Source of the DNA: Armatimonadota bacterium
GTDB taxonomy: Bacteria; Armatimonadota; SYMT01
Assembly (NCBI GenBank): GCA_041690135.1
Contig: JAWLHY010000001.1
Span: 256,001 to 320,000, forward strand
Direction: 5' to 3'
Length of the DNA: 64,000 bases
Part shown: one piece after another, positions 61,127 through 64,000 of the stretch
Position numbering within the stretch: the stretch's first letter is position 1
How the letters are laid out: every line of letters begins with the position of its first letter
Translations under genes and position numbers: made by a program
Notes under the pieces: generated by a model
Database searches by the model: none
What the model was told of the DNA's origin: nothing
The model's input: only the letters and a program-made list of their open reading frames with translations

Positions 61127-62299
61127 TTAGTTCAACACGGTCAACGGCACCGGGGCGGACGGAGCCCGCGCCGGCTCGGCGGGTGTTTCGAGTTCCCAGC
61201 GGGAGACGACGTTGTAGAGGGCGTCCCGCTCGACGGGAACCCGGCCGGCCTCGCGGATCATGTCGAGGAGTTGCTGCATCGTCAGCGCCTGCCGGTTGCT
61301 CTGGTCGATCACGTGGGTGATCTCGTAGTTCATGATCGTCCCGTCCAGGTCGTCGGCGCCGTAGCGGAGGGCGAGCTGCGCCACGGGCGGGGTGATCATC
61401 ATCCAGAACGCCTTGATGTGGTCGAAGTTGTCCAGCATCAGCCGGGAGATGGCGATGGTCTTCAGGTCGTCCGCGCCGGTGGACCGCCGCACGTGAGCGA
61501 GCTTGGTGTTCTGCGGATCGAACGAGAGAGGGATGAAGCAGAAAAAGCCGCCGGTTTCGTCCTGCAACTCCCGCAGGCGGACCAGGTGCTCCACGCGCTC
61601 GGGTAGCGTCTCGATGTGCCCGTAGAGCATGGTGGCGTTCGACTTGAGCCCGGCGGAGTGGGCCGTGCGGGCGGTATCGAGCCAGTCGCGCCAGTCCAGC
61701 TTCTTATTGTAGAGCTCCTCGTGCACGCGCGGCGTGAGCACCTCGGCGCCCCCACCGGGAAGGGCGCCCAGTCCGGCTTCCTTCAACTCGACCAGCACTT
61801 CGGTCAGGGGACGTCCCGCGGCGCGCGCGATCTGCTGGAGCTCGATCATGGTGAACGCCTTGACCGTGGCGCTCGGACGTTCTTCTTTAATGGCGCGGAC
61901 GATGTCGAGGTAGTACTCGTAGGGCAGCCGGGGATTGATGCCGCCGACCATGTGGATCTCGGTGATCGGCACGTCGGCATACTCCCGCACCCGCCGGCGG
62001 ATCGCTTCCACGTCCAGCTCATAGGGCTTGGGGCCGCCCTTCTTGGCGTAGAAGGAGCAGAACTTACAGTCCTTGTTGCAGATGTTGGTGTAGTTGATGT
62101 GCTGGTTGCGGACGAAGTAGGCGATGTCGCCGTACTGCTTCTCGCGGACCCAGTTGGCCATGTACCCGAGGGCGGTCACCTCGCCACTCTCGTACATGCG
62201 CACGCCGTCCTCGAACGAAAGCCGTTCTCCGGCCTGCACCTTCTGCCAGATGTCGCCGAAGCCGGCCTGCTCGATATACCGATCCAGGTAGACGCTCAT
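61127..62299 (-). CDS. mqnE: Aminofutalosine synthase MqnE (radical SAM, CofH/MqnC/MqnE family)
   Basis: NYTNICNKDCKFC, EIHMVGG, VKAFT, LPGGGAE, SNATMLYGHIET, HIKAFW, GADDLDGT. Confidence 0.87.
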   Translation of the reverse strand: MSVYLDRYIEQAGFGDIWQKVQAGERLSFEDGVRMYESGEVTALGYMANWVREKQYGDIAYFVRNQHINYTNICNKDCKFCSFYAKKGGPKPYELDVEAIRRRVREYADVPITEIHMVGGINPRLPYEYYLDIVRAIKEERPSATVKAFTMIELQQIARAAGRPLTEVLVELKEAGLGALPGGGAEVLTPRVHEELYNKKLDWRDWLDTARTAHSAGLKSNATMLYGHIETLPERVEHLVRLRELQDETGGFFCFIPLSFDPQNTKLAHVRRSTGADDLKTIAISRLMLDNFDHIKAFWMMITPPVAQLALRYGADDLDGTIMNYEITHVIDQSNRQALTMQQLLDMIREAGRVPVERDALYNVVSRWELETPAEPARAPSAPVPLTVLN

Positions 62300-62418
62300 C
62301 CTCTCCGCTTCCTCACCCCAACTGCCGGCTTGCTGCCCACCTGGAGCCTCCTCGCCGGGGCCAGGTTCATTTTATCATCGGACGCTCGTCGGCATTGCGT
62401 CTTGAAGATCACGGGATT

Positions 62419-62457
62419 CCCCTCTCCCGCAGCGTGGGAGAGGGGTAGGGGTGAGGG
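62419..62457 (+). repeat. REP-like element CCCCTCTCCC...GGGAGAGGGG-TAGGGGTGAGGG
   Basis: 10-bp stem followed by a G-rich tail; a widespread bacterial palindromic repeat type. Confidence 0.7.
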
Positions 62458-62574
62458 CACTTTGGGCACGGTATATGCCGAAGTTAACCCGGATGGAGTC
62501 CTAGCGTGAGGTCATTGCGGGTACCGCAGTCCGTAGCGTTAACAGACTCGGCCGGGTTGTAAGGAAAAGGACGC

Positions 62575-63273
62575 TCAGTCCTGTGCGGGGGTGTAGTAGG
62601 AAGTGGGATAGCTGGGGCTCTTGCTGAGGGACTTTACGTGACCGTCGTACCACAGGATGTTGCAGGAGTCGCTGTGACGCCAACCTTCCCGGCGGTAGCC
62701 CGGATCGTTACCCTGGAGCAGGTTCTCCTGGTATCCTGGCGAGACACAGAGCATGTCCCCGTTGTTTTCCAGGCGGGTTTCGTAGGAGTCGTGGCACACG
62801 ATGGTGTTGGCCGGGTCGCTCACGGCTGCGTCGCTAACACCCGGGTTCTGCGGCCGGGAGAAGCTGTTGCCGTCCAGGTACCCGCTGAGGCCGTAGGACG
62901 AGTTCTTCTGCGCTTGGGCGCTGGGACAGGCCCAGATCTTCTCATTCTTGGCGTAGGGCTGGTAGAAATAGCCCCAGTAGGTCTGGTTGATCCAGTCGGT
63001 CTGGTGCCAGTTCCAGGAAGAGCCGTTGACCAGGAACGGCATCGTTTCGTCGTAGTCCTGCGTATACATTCGGATCGCCAGGCCGATCTGCTTCAGGTTC
63101 GACTGGCAACTGGCCTTGCGCGCGGCCTCGCGGGCGCGGGCGAAGACCGGGAAGAGGATGGCGGCGAGGATGGCGATAATGGCTATCACCACGAGCAGTT
63201 CAATCAGGGTGAAACCGCGGTTGGCGTGGTGGGCGCCGGTGGATGACTTCCGGCGCAGGGTAAGAAGAGTCAC
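62575..63273 (-). CDS. Prepilin-type N-terminal cleavage/methylation protein (DUF1559, H-X9-DG)
   Basis: [33 protein letters not shown]...SNLKQ; [12 protein letters not shown]. Confidence 0.93.
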   Translation of the reverse strand: MTLLTLRRKSSTGAHHANRGFTLIELLVVIAIIAILAAILFPVFARAREAARKASCQSNLKQIGLAIRMYTQDYDETMPFLVNGSSWNWHQTDWINQTYWGYFYQPYAKNEKIWACPSAQAQKNSSYGLSGYLDGNSFSRPQNPGVSDAAVSDPANTIVCHDSYETRLENNGDMLCVSPGYQENLLQGNDPGYRREGWRHSDSCNILWYDGHVKSLSKSPSYPTSYYTPAQD

Positions 63274-63494
63274 GAGAGACTGCCTTTCTGCAAATGGAGG
63301 GCGCGGGCAAATAACGCGCCCTCGACACTGCCGGTTGAGGATAGGGTAGGCAGCTTAAGGCAGGGCGGAAAAGAGCTTAACGCTAGGCTAAGGAGTGGTT
63401 GGGTACTGGCAGAGTGACTTGCGGTCGCGATTCTGCTTTTCAACCGGACCTGCACTCCAGTGCGGGAAGCGGCAGGTGGGCGGGAGTGATCTGA

Positions 63495-64000
63495 ATGAGA
63501 GAGCGAGCAGCGCAAGTGCCGGACCGGCTCCAGCGCCTGACCGATCGGCTGGACGAGGAAGCGCCGGAGAACTGCCTGGGCAACGGGGCCACGGTGGACG
63601 AGATTCACGCGGTCGAGCGGGAGTTGGGGGTGCGCCTGCCGGAGAGTTACTGCTGGTTCCTCCGGGAGTTCGGGTTCACCTTCTGGCCGGAGTTCATCTA
63701 TGGCATTGCCCACGGCAAGTCGCCGGGAATGCGGGTGACGTGGCAGGCGGCGGTCGAACGGGCTCGCGTAACGCCACCACTGCCCAGGCACCTGGTGCCG
63801 TTCAGTCCGGACGGTTGGGGCAACCACTACTGTTTGGATACGGCGCGGTGGAACGGACCGGAGTGTCCCGTTGTGTTCTGGGACCACGAGCAGTCGGAAA
63901 ATCAAGCACCCGAAACCACGCACGGCTCCTTCCTCGAGTGGCTGGAAGATGCGTTGGAGGAGAGCGGGGACGAGGAAGAAGGGGCGGCGGACGAGGATGC
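63495..64000 (+). CDS. SMI1/KNR4 (SUKH) immunity-type protein (3' end runs off the window)
   Basis: Not in the ORF track. Manual translation: GATVDEIHAVERELGVRLPESYCWFLREFG...LVPFSPDGWGNHYCLD...PVVFWDHE...SFLEWLE. Confidence 0.88.
   Translation, partial: MRERAAQVPDRLQRLTDRLDEEAPENCLGNGATVDEIHAVERELGVRLPESYCWFLREFGFTFWPEFIYGIAHGKSPGMRVTWQAAVERARVTPPLPRHLVPFSPDGWGNHYCLDTARWNGPECPVVFWDHEQSENQAPETTHGSFLEWLEDALEESGDEEEGAADED

Noticed and set aside
63270-63923. 217-aa minus-strand ORF
   Set aside because: Antisense to the SUKH gene, which has clear family motifs.

Overview
High-GC chromosomal window, most likely from an Armatimonadota bacterium. This is inferred from two prepilin/H-X9-DG genes with the '[12 protein letters not shown]' motif, a PEP-CTERM protein, DUF1501 and DUF1552/DUF1592 genes, an SMC, and an M16 peptidase-dapB-asd-dapA-rnj block. 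Most genes are housekeeping or metabolic: thiC with a TPP riboswitch, a HisJ-type PHP phosphatase, apbE, a TrmO fusion, SpoIID, an Opp/Dpp-type ABC importer without an ATPase, a GGDEF protein, PepF, GH172, smc-alr-rhomboid, DUF5693-csaB, mqnE and an orphan SUKH immunity gene. I found no rRNA, tRNA, CRISPR array, integrase or transposase. The most interesting signals lie below the ORF-track cutoff or between genes: (1) a 50-aa exported peptide ending in DSHAGHNH, followed by a G-quadruplex motif, directly upstream of the ABC importer; (2) a 28-aa hydrophobic ORF plus terminator leading into two paralogous small Zn-ribbon proteins; (3) several dispersed repeat families (strand-polarised octamer tracts, a covarying GCAGTTGCACTGC hairpin doublet, REPIN-like rods), with related octamer tracts inserted in frame into the SMC hinge. 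All family assignments come from motif recognition by eye, not from database searches.
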